A stretch of DNA of 63,544 bases, counting the filler, from Choristocarpus tenellus KU-1152 (lineage: Eukaryota; Protista; Phaeophyceae), in NCBI GenBank assembly GCA_964200185.2. It is 9 parts of 9 records of this genome, joined end to end, with 100 filler letters (N's around TTAATTAATTAA, not from the genome) between each part and the next. Parts side by side here need not be neighbours in the genome. Positions count along the whole stretch, not along the records: positions 27,937 to 40,407 come from CAXNAD020001824.1; positions 40,508 to 44,694 come from CAXNAD020015785.1; positions 44,795 to 47,829 come from CAXNAD020022789.1; positions 47,930 to 50,936 come from CAXNAD020022986.1; positions 51,037 to 58,927 come from CAXNAD020005438.1; 4 more parts are not named here. One strand, 5' to 3'. The translations under genes and the position numbers were made by a program. Positions 39,701-51,117 of the stretch are shown here, piece after piece (the first letter of the stretch is position 1; the number at the start of each line of letters is the position of its first letter). The notes beneath the pieces are model-generated. The model was not told the origin of the DNA, searched no databases, and saw only the letters and a program-made list of their open reading frames with translations.

Positions 39701-39775
39701 TCTGTGCAGCTTGTGGCGAATGACCTGGGGACTGGTTGGATCAGCATCAAGGAGACAATGTTCTACGTGAGCTGA
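28865..39775 (+). CDS. Secreted reprolysin-like (M12B-type metzincin) zinc metallopeptidase with two C-terminal discoidin/galactose-binding-like repeats, ~18 exons
   Basis: Signal peptide MRGLLPSLLVAATVTHSFG and a pro-region ending GRRLQ. Catalytic domain IDVLVLYT (~32985), LRDTYSADLVQLV..YCGIAY, zinc motif HEFGHNLGCHH (~34685) and Met-turn YRTVMSY..MSNPD (~35155). Two repeats ATG(Y/F)D.R..GC...TRDG...SRWSC...CSITY.F...FY.G..R.R...SSGTT.LEE...W.S..E. Phases are consistent through to TGA at 39775. Confidence 0.93.
34179..34356. mobile_element. MITE family B copy (178 bp) in an intron, 4-bp TSD TTAT
   Basis: Termini ggctcaaaatatctgggagggg / ccccccagatactttaggtc flanked by TTAT on both sides. 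Related ends at ~22320, ~36730-36749 and ~40359. Confidence 0.75.
38269..38526 (+). mobile_element. MITE family A copy (258 bp) in an intron
   Basis: TIRs GAGTGAAAGTATCTTAGAGGGTA / TACCCTCTAACATACTTTCACTC, CTT duplicated on the flanks, internal hairpin cctactccaaaacatttcggagtagg. Confidence 0.92.
39054..39203 (+). mobile_element. MITE family A, internally deleted copy (150 bp)
   Basis: Same left ~120 bp as the 38269 copy, ends gatactttcactc, AAT duplicated on the flanks. Confidence 0.88.
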
Positions 39776-41201
39776 GAAGAAGGATAGATTGGAACAGTAC
39801 CTGGCTTTGCAACACTCATAAAGCCAGAAGGCCTGACTGCAGTTTATGCTGTTGCTATGCTGGCCACAATCCAATCCAAAGAGAAATCTAGACAGGACTT
39901 CCTATATGTGTTGTACTTTATCATGCCATATCTACCGCTTTTGGTCAACATTTTTGGCATGACTTCACCACATTTTGTATAGCAGGAATAATTGAAATTG
40001 CTGGAGGGAAACATGACGAGAGAATAGAGAAGAATTGCAAGTCATCTTTCCTGTCAAAGTGATTTTTTGTATAATGTACTAACACCTACTAGTACCACCT
40101 CTAGTTCATACTTACTTGTGGAGCATTGAAAGGCAATTATTGTCCACAATCTGTTTCTCTGCCTCCCATAGCAATAGACCATTCTCCATGCCTTACATGA
40201 CGTACAATAAGATTGACTGTGTAATCGATAGGGAGATGACTGAGCCTCACCAGTTACTAGTGTGTCAGTAGGAATAGATGGAAAGAGACAAAAAAAAGTA
40301 TCAAGATATTGAGGAGAGTAGACCAAGTAAAATATTGTTGAATTTCTGTTGTGGCAGAGGGTCAAAGTATCTGTGGGGGGGGTTGTGAGGGGGCGTCCGT
40401 TTCGGTCNNNNNNNNNNNNNNNNNNNNNNNNNNNNNNNNNNNNNNNNNNNNTTAATTAATTAANNNNNNNNNNNNNNNNNNNNNNNNNNNNNNNNNNNNN
40501 NNNNNNNCCGCCCCCCCCCCCCCCATCCCATCAACAAAAAGACATAACCAAACCATGGTCCATCACAGGGAACGGGGGACAGGAGGAACACATGCATCAA
40601 TGAGTTGGTAGTGGTAAGAGGTGTTGTAAGGTAATAGTATTGGAAGTAGGTTGGCGTGATTGATAGGATGAAGTGTATGGCAGAATAAGGTACACCTCAC
40701 AGATGCAGGTGGTATGATGAAAATAGTGCTACCTTGCCTGGCAATATGTCAGTACCCATGGTACAAAGAGGAGTCAATTTGCTAACTATTCACTCAGTTG
40801 TGGCATACACAGGCCAATCCAAGTCCCAACTCTTGAGCTGTTCAGTGTAACCACATGGGCATTTGACTAGAAGCAGGATAATGTGTAAAAAATCAGCAAT
40901 TCATCGTTAGAGTTCTGTCTCCATGATATTCCAACGAGCTTCCCCTACAACAGCTGTCAAGCCATACAAGAAAAAGAAAACACATGGTACAAGAAGGCAT
41001 TAAAAAAAACCCTCAACACATACCTCACTATGATACACACAAGACACAGCGAGTACCGAAACCTCATTATGTCAATTCCAGATAGTAAAGCACAAAAGCT
41101 CCAAAACCAAAGTCAATACGCTTGGAAGTAGAATATGTACAAGCCGTGCAAGAGAAGAGGGGCGGGGGACACATGATGTTTCGATCGAAGATATATCATA
41201 C

Positions 41202-44200
41202 CTGCAACAGACCCACACGGTCATTGATGTGAGACTGACCCAGCCCCAACTTCCAGAAGATCGACCCGAAGATCAGTGCAGAGCCCAAGTTCGTCACCAC
41301 CTGCACCAGAAGTCCCCCCCCCCCAGTTTCCCCAAATTGTTCATGGTAGTAGAATCAAGGTAGTGACGGATCAAACATATTGATACACTGATGATTTTGC
41401 GTCACTGTTGTACTGTGTTACATTACATTAACATATATTGTGCTGTGCATGTGTGTGTGTGTGTGTGCGCGCGCGAGTCTGCGATGGAAAAGTGGGGTAA
41501 AAATGGCACTGACAATAGTAGAAACACTCTAAAATGGGCTTTGAGAGAGAGGATGGTAAGAGGTGCTTCGGGCATTGAATGTAAGATACAGTGCAACAGA
41601 TGCACACCACTGCAGTAGCCCTATTACAAACCCCCTGTAGGCAACATAACTCGATGAAACACAACCACACACAGAAGGACCGGGCTGTAGGATTGTTGTA
41701 ATTAGCTGACCTGCCCTTGGGCAAGCGCAGACAATTGTATAGAGCATTCTTAGAAAGGTGCAGATAGATGATAGAGGTGCAATAGAACAAGAGAGGAAGA
41801 ACACAACACCACATCTCCGAGATTTTTTTCCAACTGAATGAAGTCCCCATGGAATCATCAATTTACAGCATGCAGGCACTAGTCAGTACCGAGAATTAGA
41901 GCAGTATCAAAGTAACGGTATAGAAGTGATTTCAAACAATTGGTCAGCTTCACTATTGGTGACTTGCTTGCACATGGGGATGATAAGACCAGATTCCCTC
42001 TCCCTCAAATACCCAATCTGCAAATCAGAGTAAACAATGCTCCCTTGCTCTCTCTCTTAGAGCTGATGACCACTCTATTATATTTTTCCTTGGAAGAGGA
42101 GGATGAGAAGGGAGTGTTTGAATCTAGTCTCAGGTACCAGGTGTGTCTATTATCTACCAAGTACTCCGGAGTACATGGCTCCATCAAACACATGCATCTG
42201 TACAGCCCATGTTGATTTCCTGTTCCTGTATGCTGCCCTTCAACCATTAACCCAAACTGCTCAACTTGTCTTGCGGACACACCTACAGGGCCATCCTATC
42301 TCTTCAGGGTGGCGTCGTTCAGTACCTTGGGCCCCTGCGACTGCTCTGTGTTACATGCGCTTCTTGCATTCCAGACGGCAACTTCATACACAGGGAGGTT
42401 AACTCAACTTCAGGCATGGGAAATGGGGTGTCAGCCTCCTGAAGATTTGTAACGCTCTAAGTACATGAAAGGGTCTAAATAGACCCCCCCCTTAAGTGGC
42501 GAGTCAACTGGTGATATCTTATCTGGATCCTGAAATACTTACATTTAATGTGGACCTTTCTTTGGTGTAGTCAACCAATATCCGTATCTTTTGTACTGGT
42601 GTGATATTCAGCATGGAATGCTTGTGTTGTTGTCCTCTTGTGGACGACAGTAATACAACCAATTCCACAGGGGCTGTACATATTGTGACCTATTGATCCA
42701 AATTGTCAACGGAGATTTGCCCTGGAGAAGCTTAGGTTGGAACTCTGTTCCTGGTGCATATGATCGTTTAACCCTAACCCTATGTATACAAGAGAAAAAA
42801 AAAAGCTGGAAAACCAAATAATGCAAACAGGATTGATCACACGCCATCATGCCAGTATCACACACCGGCTTCTTTCTGTAACAGTTACTTCTTTCTGTAA
42901 CAGTTACTTCTTTTTGAGGAGTTCACACGGCCTTGTATCCCCTCTCAATTTCGTCGTCCTTGCAAAACTCGCAATAGATGTGTCCTATTTAACCCTTCTG
43001 ATTTTTCCTACTTAACCCTTCTGACGTTCAAGTAAACCTCTCAGGAATGGAGACCTAGGTATGAACCATTGAAGCGTTCAGAGGGGACCACTCTTCTTGT
43101 AGGTGAAGCACGTCTTTTTGCACGCTCCAGTTGCATCATCTGTTGAACTGGTGTATGAATTGTGTCCCAGTCAGGCGCACGGTCTGTGGGGGTTCCTATC
43201 AAGTCTTGTGTATACTTGTCCTGGGCACTTGGTCACCCTGTGGTACCTGAGATATGGTTCGGATATCCATTCTTGTCCCCTCAAGGCGAAACTCACTGCA
43301 TTGCCCTGAGACAGCTAGTTGTTCCTGAAAAGCTGACATTAGTAGTACCCAGGGTCTGTTTGGGGATCATTGTGTCTTAAGACATGCTGACATCCAAATC
43401 GCTTGCACCAGGTGGATGTTGGTACGCTTGCAGTGAACACAGTTTCCGTTCCACTGTTGCTCGTCTCTTCACACAAGGAGCTGCACTGCACCTCACTGAA
43501 AAACGATCGTGTGTTCAAAATATTTCAAAAGTACGATTTGGGAAATATTACAATAGCTGACTTCCTCAGCAAACATTGTGATCAAGCCAGTTCTTCCATC
43601 TCCACTTCCTACACAATTACCAATTTAAAGCATGGAGTCTTTTCTCTCCTAACTAATGTTACTCTAACTCATACATATAGAGAGAGAGCTCTAAGGAAAG
43701 GAGGGTAAGAAGGAGTCAAATGTAGTCTAAAGCGTCAACTGTGACGTTAAACTTAGCTTGTCCAAGTGTACTGAAGGAAAGGTGGCAGTGTCTTAACTCC
43801 ACACAACCGCGTGGGAAAGGTTTACCTTGATGAAATTATTGACCTCACTGTTGATTTTGCTCTTGATCAATGCAATAGATGTGTTCACTGCCTTTGGAAG
43901 TAAGTACAATAAAAAAGTTCTGATTTTGGACTGCAAGTTGGTAACCCTAAAAAAAACCTAACTCTAACCAACCTGAAAAAAGACAAAAAAAAACAGGTAG
44001 TCTATTAGCACCAAAATACAATATATATATATATATTGTTTGGATGTTGCATGGTCATGTTTTTCATTCATATAATCAGTATATTATTGGGAAGGATTTT
44101 GGGGTCGTGCCATACGTTTTCAAAGAGCAGCTTGGTCTGACAATTTGGGACCTTTGATTGATTTGATACTTCAGTTGTACATCATAATGTCAAAACAAAA

Positions 44201-44694
44201 TATTCAGACAAAAGTAGGGTATAACAGCCGAGAGCGCAACAGGGTACACTCTGCTGAACTAGAAAAAGAATAACAAGAAAAAATAATGTTGTGATGCTAG
44301 GGAGCGCTACAGAACCAACAACCAGATGACCTCACATACACATAAAAATATATATATACATACATATTTATTTTTTTCTGATAAATTTTCAGTCAAAATT
44401 AAACAAACAAAAAAACCCAATGTGGTCAAATACATTTGGTTCAGAAGCTCACAGAATAAGCCTCTCCGAACACGATCCATCCACCCATCAGCCCTAGCAG
44501 CTTCCCACTCACTCACCCTGGTAATATTGGCAAACTTAGCACGGTTGACTTGTCGCCAAGAACGCCCCAGCAACAGCCTGAATTGTTCAAATATTCCCGC
44601 CTTCTTCCTTCGCAAAACCACCCCTCCCCTTTCCTGACCCGGTCCCTCCCTTCCCTTTCCATCGCCCCCCCCCCCCCCCCCCCCACCCCACAAG
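41202..44694 (-). CDS. ABC transporter G-family (white-like) fragment, start of the ABC-2 membrane domain; exons 44517-44694 and 41202-41300
   Basis: AGIFEQFRLLLGRSWRQVNRAKFANITR | VVTNLGSALIFGSIFWKLGLGQSHINDRVGLLQ, joined by a phase-0 GT-AG intron of ~3.2 kb. Confidence 0.88.
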
Positions 44695-45093
44695 NNNNNN
44701 NNNNNNNNNNNNNNNNNNNNNNNNNNNNNNNNNNNNNNTTAATTAATTAANNNNNNNNNNNNNNNNNNNNNNNNNNNNNNNNNNNNNNNNNNNNATCGTT
44801 ATTACCACGCCAAACGGGGTATGTATGAGTGGGGGGGGAGGGGGGGGGGGGTTCAGGCAACACTGTCGATAAAACAAACAAGGACGCTTTTATTGTTCAT
44901 CTGTGGTTAACCACACATACATACTACATGGTCACCCGAAAATCAATAAGTTGGTTGACAGGGTTCCTAAACGCGAGATAACTATCTCAACTTAGGTTGA
45001 ATAGGAGAACACAGAGAGAGTTCACAACAGCTGTAACCCAACTAGAGGAGGAGTAGAGCGCCACCATCCCACCAACGTTGACAACTCCCTCAC

Positions 45094-45874
45094 CTTTTTG
45101 TACATTTTGCGGATCTCTACTTGTGATACTTCTTTTTTCTTCGTCTTTGGCTTGATAGTTTCTTCGAGCTCGTGCTGAAAATATGTCTTATTGTACAGCG
45201 TGTGCTCAACCATACTCTCGGTCGCGTCGTTGAATGCTATAAGCGTGGTGGTGCAGTGGGCGAATGGGACAAGGGGTAGGTGGGAAGCGGTCGCGGGACA
45301 CACGCGGCATGCAGTACTAAGCAATATGTTGCTGTGGACAGAGAGACCACGAGGGATAAAAAAGATCAACAACAAAAAGATCCTCAATGGACTGACTCAC
45401 GATGAACCAAACAAAGGAAACTCGGCAACAACTTCGTACATCAGAAGAGTCATCAGACGATCATGGAACAACGACAACACTCCATCACCCACCGTTGGCA
45501 AATAACCTCTCTTCTGCTTGGTTGAACTCCATGTAGACCCGCATCATGAAAGCGCGTTCGGGATCAAACTCTCTCTTCAGCACCGTTGTTCTATGGTTTC
45601 TGTCCAATGTACGTCCTTGAATGGCAAGCGCAGTTTCGGCAGTGAGCTGGTCCCCATTACCTAAACAGTCTCGCTGGATTACGACAGACGGAGCAAACTG
45701 CTCCAGCCAGCCTTTCTCACGGATGGACTTGCTGACACGCGCAAGGTCACGCTCGCTCAGGGGACGCACCATCTACGTGCATGTGATGTTGCCGAGTTTC
45801 ATCTGGTACGTGCCGAGGTAGTGATGTTCTAGGAGCGAGAACATGCCCTTCAGATTGCTGTACCACGTTCTCAT
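45094..45874 (-). pseudogene. Spliced ParB/Sulfiredoxin-like domain gene with one in-frame stop; exons 45493-45874 and 45094-45236
   Basis: MRTWYSNLKGMFSLLEHHYLGTYQMKLGNITCT*MVRPLSERDLARVSKSIREKGWLEQFAPSVVI...GRTLDRNHRTTVLK...RLFAN | AFNDATESMVEHTLYNK. This follows the ParB layout R-x-L...(L)..SI...G.L.P..V...IDG.HR. The phase-1 intron is consistent. Confidence 0.65.
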
Positions 45875-46508
45875 TCTGTGGGCAGCACCATCGGCGGGTG
45901 GGTGGGTTGTTGTTGAGCAAATGCTGGACATGGCAAAGGTTGAGAGGGTGTGAAGGGGATCGGTAAATAAGAGGTGCTGGTGGTATGTACGGAAGGGAAT
46001 GAATTGAAATGAGGACTGAGGGATGGGAGGTGCTGTTTTATTTCGTCTGGTCGGTCAGTCCTCAAAACTCAGATTTGTCTTTCCGTTGACAATTGTGTTA
46101 TAAAAAATACGAATATCGAACAGCATACGATTTCATATTGGAAAGAGACAGAGAGTAACAGTTTTTTGTGACCTTTTTGTNNNNNNNNNCAAATGTATTG
46201 GATCAATGAAGGATGTGGTTTGTATTTGTATTTGTTGATGTAAAGATTATAATATTATTATTATTTCGTAAAAACCCTAACACACGTGTTTTGGGTCTTC
46301 AAGGGTTTAGAAGATCAGGTCGGATCTTTAAAAATCTAGATCCTCTTTTTTGTCGTGTCTAGTATTTTTAAGAATACAAAAGTCGCCAAAAAGCGGTTTT
46401 AGTATTTAAATAAATTAGAGGGTACCAGTTGGAAGTGACCTTTTAGTTTCTGAAAATTGGAATCGTGTGAGACCCATAAAGTTCGTGCTTTGTATTTTCA
46501 AAAATTGT

Positions 46509-46790
46509 AAGTACGGGTATAATCGGATTTACAACTTCCGAAAACCGTAATGCACGGATTTTCAAGATCATGGATCTCAGGGTGGTCCCACAGAAAGCTC
46601 GGAGCTCAAACAAAGTTGGTTTTGGTACGTTGGAAACGTACAATATCAATTAAGTATGTGATTTGTATTAATTTTTTTTGTAAGTATGGATATAATCGGA
46701 TTTACAACTTCCCAAAACCGTAATGCAAGGATTTTCAGGATCATGGATCTCAGGGTGGTTCCATGGATAGCCCGGAGCTCAAACAAAGCT
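46509..46790. repeat. Direct repeat, two ~108-bp copies (46509-46616 and 46682-46789)
   Basis: aagta.gg.tataatcggatttacaacttcc.aaaaccgtaatgca.ggattttca.gatcatggatctcagggtggt...ggagctcaaacaaag occurs twice. Confidence 0.85.
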
Positions 46791-46871
46791 CATACGCCCG
46801 CCTTCGAATCTAATCACTCCTAGACCTTCTCACTGCCCAAGATCGCTTGTTGCCCGAAAACACCATGACAG

Positions 46872-47570
46872 TTGCTTCCACAGCAAGGGGGTGGCTTTTG
46901 TCGCCTGCATCTCCCACTGTGTTGCCCCATCACCAGCCCGCCAACAATGGTGCGCTGGAGCTTTCTACCAATGACGCTTCAGCGACCGGCGCCAAGGTTC
47001 GACCGGGATGGGCTGAACCCATCCCGGGACGAACCTGCCACCTTGTTTGCACAAGCTCGTGACCGTGCCAAACGGCATGAAGCTAACCATTTATCTGGTC
47101 ATAACCCCAACCCCATGACTTACACAAGTGCTGTTACACATAATTCTCGTCGCGGACAGGTTCCTCGTAGTGAACTTGAGCAGTCACAACGTGAATGCCA
47201 AAGGCTACGTACGGAGGTGGAACGTCACCGAGCAGGGGAGGCAACCCTCAACAGGGCCCCAGCTCGGTTGTCGGCGGGTCCACCTCCCTCAGCCGTGCAC
47301 TTTGACAGACCAACACGACCCCAAGACACGTCGCCTTACTCAGCCTCACTGCCCAGCTTGACGTACACCATGGATCAGCAAAACAGTGTGTGCCAGTACC
47401 CGAGTTGTCAGGCAGCGACTCGTGAGGGTCACACAACCCAGTCGTGCCTGGACAACCCGCGGGGTGCTCGTTTGCCATACTTGCGTCATAGAGGCAGGGG
47501 TCGTGGCAGTCGTGTTCATGTTCGTGAGGACAGTGAGGCAACACCTGGCCATTATGGTCCGCGTCCCTAG
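46872..47570 (+). mobile_element. Gag-like relic with a CCHC zinc knuckle (LTR retrotransposon fragment)
   Basis: Coiled segment ELEQSQRECQRLRTEVERHR, then CQYPSCQAATREGHTTQSC and RGRGRG. No pol is seen. Confidence 0.45.
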
Positions 47571-47929
47571 GGATGCCCAGGTGGATTTGACTCCTGTCCA
47601 CTTGGGAACAGCCATGGTGTTGTTGTTGACACCATTGTAGGGAGTGGCAAGCGTCAGAGGTTGACGCCAGTCGTACCTCTTGCCCCGCAGGCATCGTTTA
47701 TTGCCTGCACGCATTTCACAAGCATTTTTCTTTGCCATTAGTTCAACCAAACTCGTGTAATAATAATGAAACTTGGTTCAACAGTTCTTTGTGCAGATAC
47801 CCATCCATGCCCAAACCTTTGTCGTTTTCNNNNNNNNNNNNNNNNNNNNNNNNNNNNNNNNNNNNNNNNNNNNTTAATTAATTAANNNNNNNNNNNNNNN
47901 NNNNNNNNNNNNNNNNNNNNNNNNNNNNN

Positions 47930-48137
47930 GGGAGGTTAATGACACATTCCTACTTCCGAAATGTTTCGGAGTAGGTAAAATGTGTATGCTTTGGTGTATG
48001 GTATCATGCTTACGTCCGGAACAAGGTTATTGGCGACTTCCTGACAAACACGATAGCCAAAATTAGATCAAAATCACAACATCGGATTCTGGACCCCCAA
48101 ATGGACGCGGCTCTACCCCCCTATAATACTTCGAATC
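47930..48137 (-). mobile_element. MITE family A, diverged partial copy at contig start
   Basis: Hairpin cctacttccgaaatgtttcggagtagg and end caaatggacgcggctctacccccctataatacttcgaatc match the 15465-15724 copy. Confidence 0.8.
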
Positions 48138-48425
48138 ATGCCCTTTTGTTCTATGATGCATAGTCTCGCGAACGTCTTGCGAATGTCTCGCAAACAGAAT
48201 ACATCCAATCAAGCCTGGAACTGGTGATCTCACTCTCTCTCCCTCTCCCTCTCTCACACACTCTCTCGCTCTCACACACACACTCTACCAGATTTGCAGA
48301 CACCTCCCAGCGACCAATCAATGATCAGAAGAAAAAAAAACTTCGAATGTGCTAGAACTGGCGGCTGGCGGGTAGCGATAGGTACCCCCACCCGTACACC
48401 ATAAATGTTCCAATGTCCGGTACCA

Positions 48426-48625
48426 AAAGTACTAAAAAAGTACAAAGTACTATAAAACTAAAAAGTAAGTACTATAAAACGACAAAGTGCTATAAAACTG
48501 CAAAGTACTACAAAACTACAAAGTACTATAAAAGTACAAAGAAAGTACTGTAAAACTGCAGCAAGTAAGTACTACAAAACTACAAAGTACTATAAAACTA
48601 CAAAGTATTATAAAACTACAAAGTA
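48426..48625. repeat. Minisatellite, ~18-bp unit AAAGTACTATAAAACTAC
   Basis: About 10 degenerate tandem units with no unique spacers. Confidence 0.9.
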
Positions 48626-51117
48626 GGTGTTAGAGAGGAGGGGAAATTCTGAAACCTCTGAGCCCACCTGCCGTCGGGACTCCAAGCCACCAACTGTTTC
48701 ACAAGCAGAGGTGATTCTGGGCAAGGAGTTCCCTCCCCCGCCCAACGGCCGGGCTGCCTGCTAGGACCTGGTACCTCAGTGGTACCTGACCTACCGCCTC
48801 CTCGAGAGGTTCGGTGTGGTGGGCTCATGATTTGTACGCCTTCCTCCCATGGCTTGAGGGGAACTGCTGCTAAGCGCTGGCCCTGTTCATGTCAAGGGGG
48901 GGGGGAGGAGGGCGAGGGGGTATTGAGAATGGTATGTGTACGTAGGTGAGGGGTTTCAAGTGTGTTGGTGGCGTATTTCCATTTTGTTTTAACTTCCTTC
49001 TGTGATACGATCTCACTATGCTCAAAATAAGCAACACGGACATACTAGTCTAGAATTTATCGAAAAAAAATATTCTATAAAACTTGAAAAAAAATTTAGA
49101 GAGATGCCACCCACATCATTTTATATTTTTTTTTTAAATACTGGAGATCTAAAAATGGTGATGAATTATTTAAAATAATTAGTCAAGAAGTACAAATAAA
49201 AATATCAGGATATGGACTTTAGTGTTTTTTGCTAAATGTTTGAAGATTTTTTTTTAAACTTAATTTGCTAGTGTAATAAAATCTGATATATTAGATTCTA
49301 TTAGCAGCAACATCTGTAAGAAAGAGTGGAAGATTGCGTTGAGGCCATTTGGAGTGAAGAAGGCCTATCATATATCACTCCTGTCAAAAAAAAAAATTCA
49401 ACACATTTCGATATTTGGATACTGCATATGCTGCAGGAAATACATCCCGCCAATGCTTGACTTTGTTGAATTCCATACAATAGTTTGAGTTCGATTTTCG
49501 CAAAATCCTTCATTTAAAAACCACAACATGTTCTAGCGACTACCATCGCGGAGCAATTAATTTTGAACTTCAAAAACCAAAAAAAAAAAAAAATCTTTAA
49601 GTCAGTAAGGTTTGAACTAAAACACGTTCACTATGGTGTTTGATAGCGCAGGGTTAAGTTTCTTGAGAATAAAGAGGCGTGCATGTATTGCATGTTAGCT
49701 GCGCTAGTGCACCGGCAACCGCTTGGGGGAGGCTACTGTTTGCAAAATGCACAAGGGATATCAGTTTGCATGAGACTGGGTTCGCCCAGTCACAAAGGCA
49801 ATGCTTATTTGATTCACCGTTGAAGCACCAATGAACACCCAGGTGTCCCACCATCAAAACGCCTTCAACACGATAAATTTCCCCGAAAACACAAAAACTC
49901 AACCAGGGCTAATGGCTGAGGCATCAACGATCAAGTCAGATTGTACCCGACTAAACGCAAACAAGATGTTCTTACAGGAATAGTAGAACATTCTCTTCCG
50001 GAAAAAAAAAAAGTTTGCTTGCCCCAACAAACGATTGCAATTGTTAGGGACAGGTCGCACTGTGGATCTCCTTTGACATTATAGAGACAGACAGCACACA
50101 GCGATATAGTTTTTGAGAACAGACGCTTCCATTTGTGGTTGTCTCAGGTGATGATGCACAGGTTAGATGCACGAGCTGCTTGTGGTGACAGGGACTTGTT
50201 CCATGAGGTCAACCAGTGAAACCTGGAAATCGTTTTGTGTTTTGACTGGTCGCATCCAATCATGGTTGGGGAGCAAGGAATATGCTGCATTCGGGGACAG
50301 AGCCCTTGCCCATCTGCCTCAATTCTCCTCTTTATTTTGGTAATTTTTTGGTCACCTTTCTTGTGATTATCGTCCTCACCCACAACATAGAACTTTACCA
50401 CTCTCACATATTATTGGATTTCCCAAAATCATCAAGGCATTATTCAAAAAAAGCACGTCTATTGAAATATGTCGCTGATACAGCTCTACGGTAAGACAGC
50501 CCACAACATTTCACAAACTTAATTTGGCACATGCCCCTCAACACACCAGTTCTAACGCAACTGCAAGGCACCCCACACACAACAGGTCCTTGACCCTCCA
50601 GTCCACCCTCCTCACCAGTGCCACAGCCAAAGAACCTCCTCTTGGAATGTTAATCCCTTCCATCAGGGAGTTGGCACAGTCCATCACACCTGCCAGGGGT
50701 CGGCGTGGGCGATGCCAGGCAAGACACAGGTGTTCCACCAAGGAGGCATTCAAGGCAGAGGGTCTGCCCCTGCCCCATCCACTGCCCAAATCTCTAGCAC
50801 CCGGTCCTCCCCACACCAACATGCGGAGGGTTGAAAACGCGATGCCTAGATAGGACCGTTCCGTATAGTAGTACTGCTCTCAGGGGGGTATTTGAGAAGG
50901 GGGTGAGGGGACTCCTTTAAGAGGAACATAGGTGAANNNNNNNNNNNNNNNNNNNNNNNNNNNNNNNNNNNNNNNNNNNNTTAATTAATTAANNNNNNNN
51001 NNNNNNNNNNNNNNNNNNNNNNNNNNNNNNNNNNNNTTAAAAAAAAAAAACCTCTGAGCAGATTTATTTGATAAATTAACGTGATGTTTGTGTCCCCCAT
51101 TCGCCTGCTTATTAAAG

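Noticed and set aside
42100-43700. Retroelement relic in the ABCG intron
   Set aside because: The texture looks coding-like, but no diagnostic motif could be read in any frame.
48426-48625. CRISPR-like short repeat array
   Set aside because: The units are contiguous with no unique spacers, there are no cas genes, and the context is eukaryotic. It is a minisatellite.
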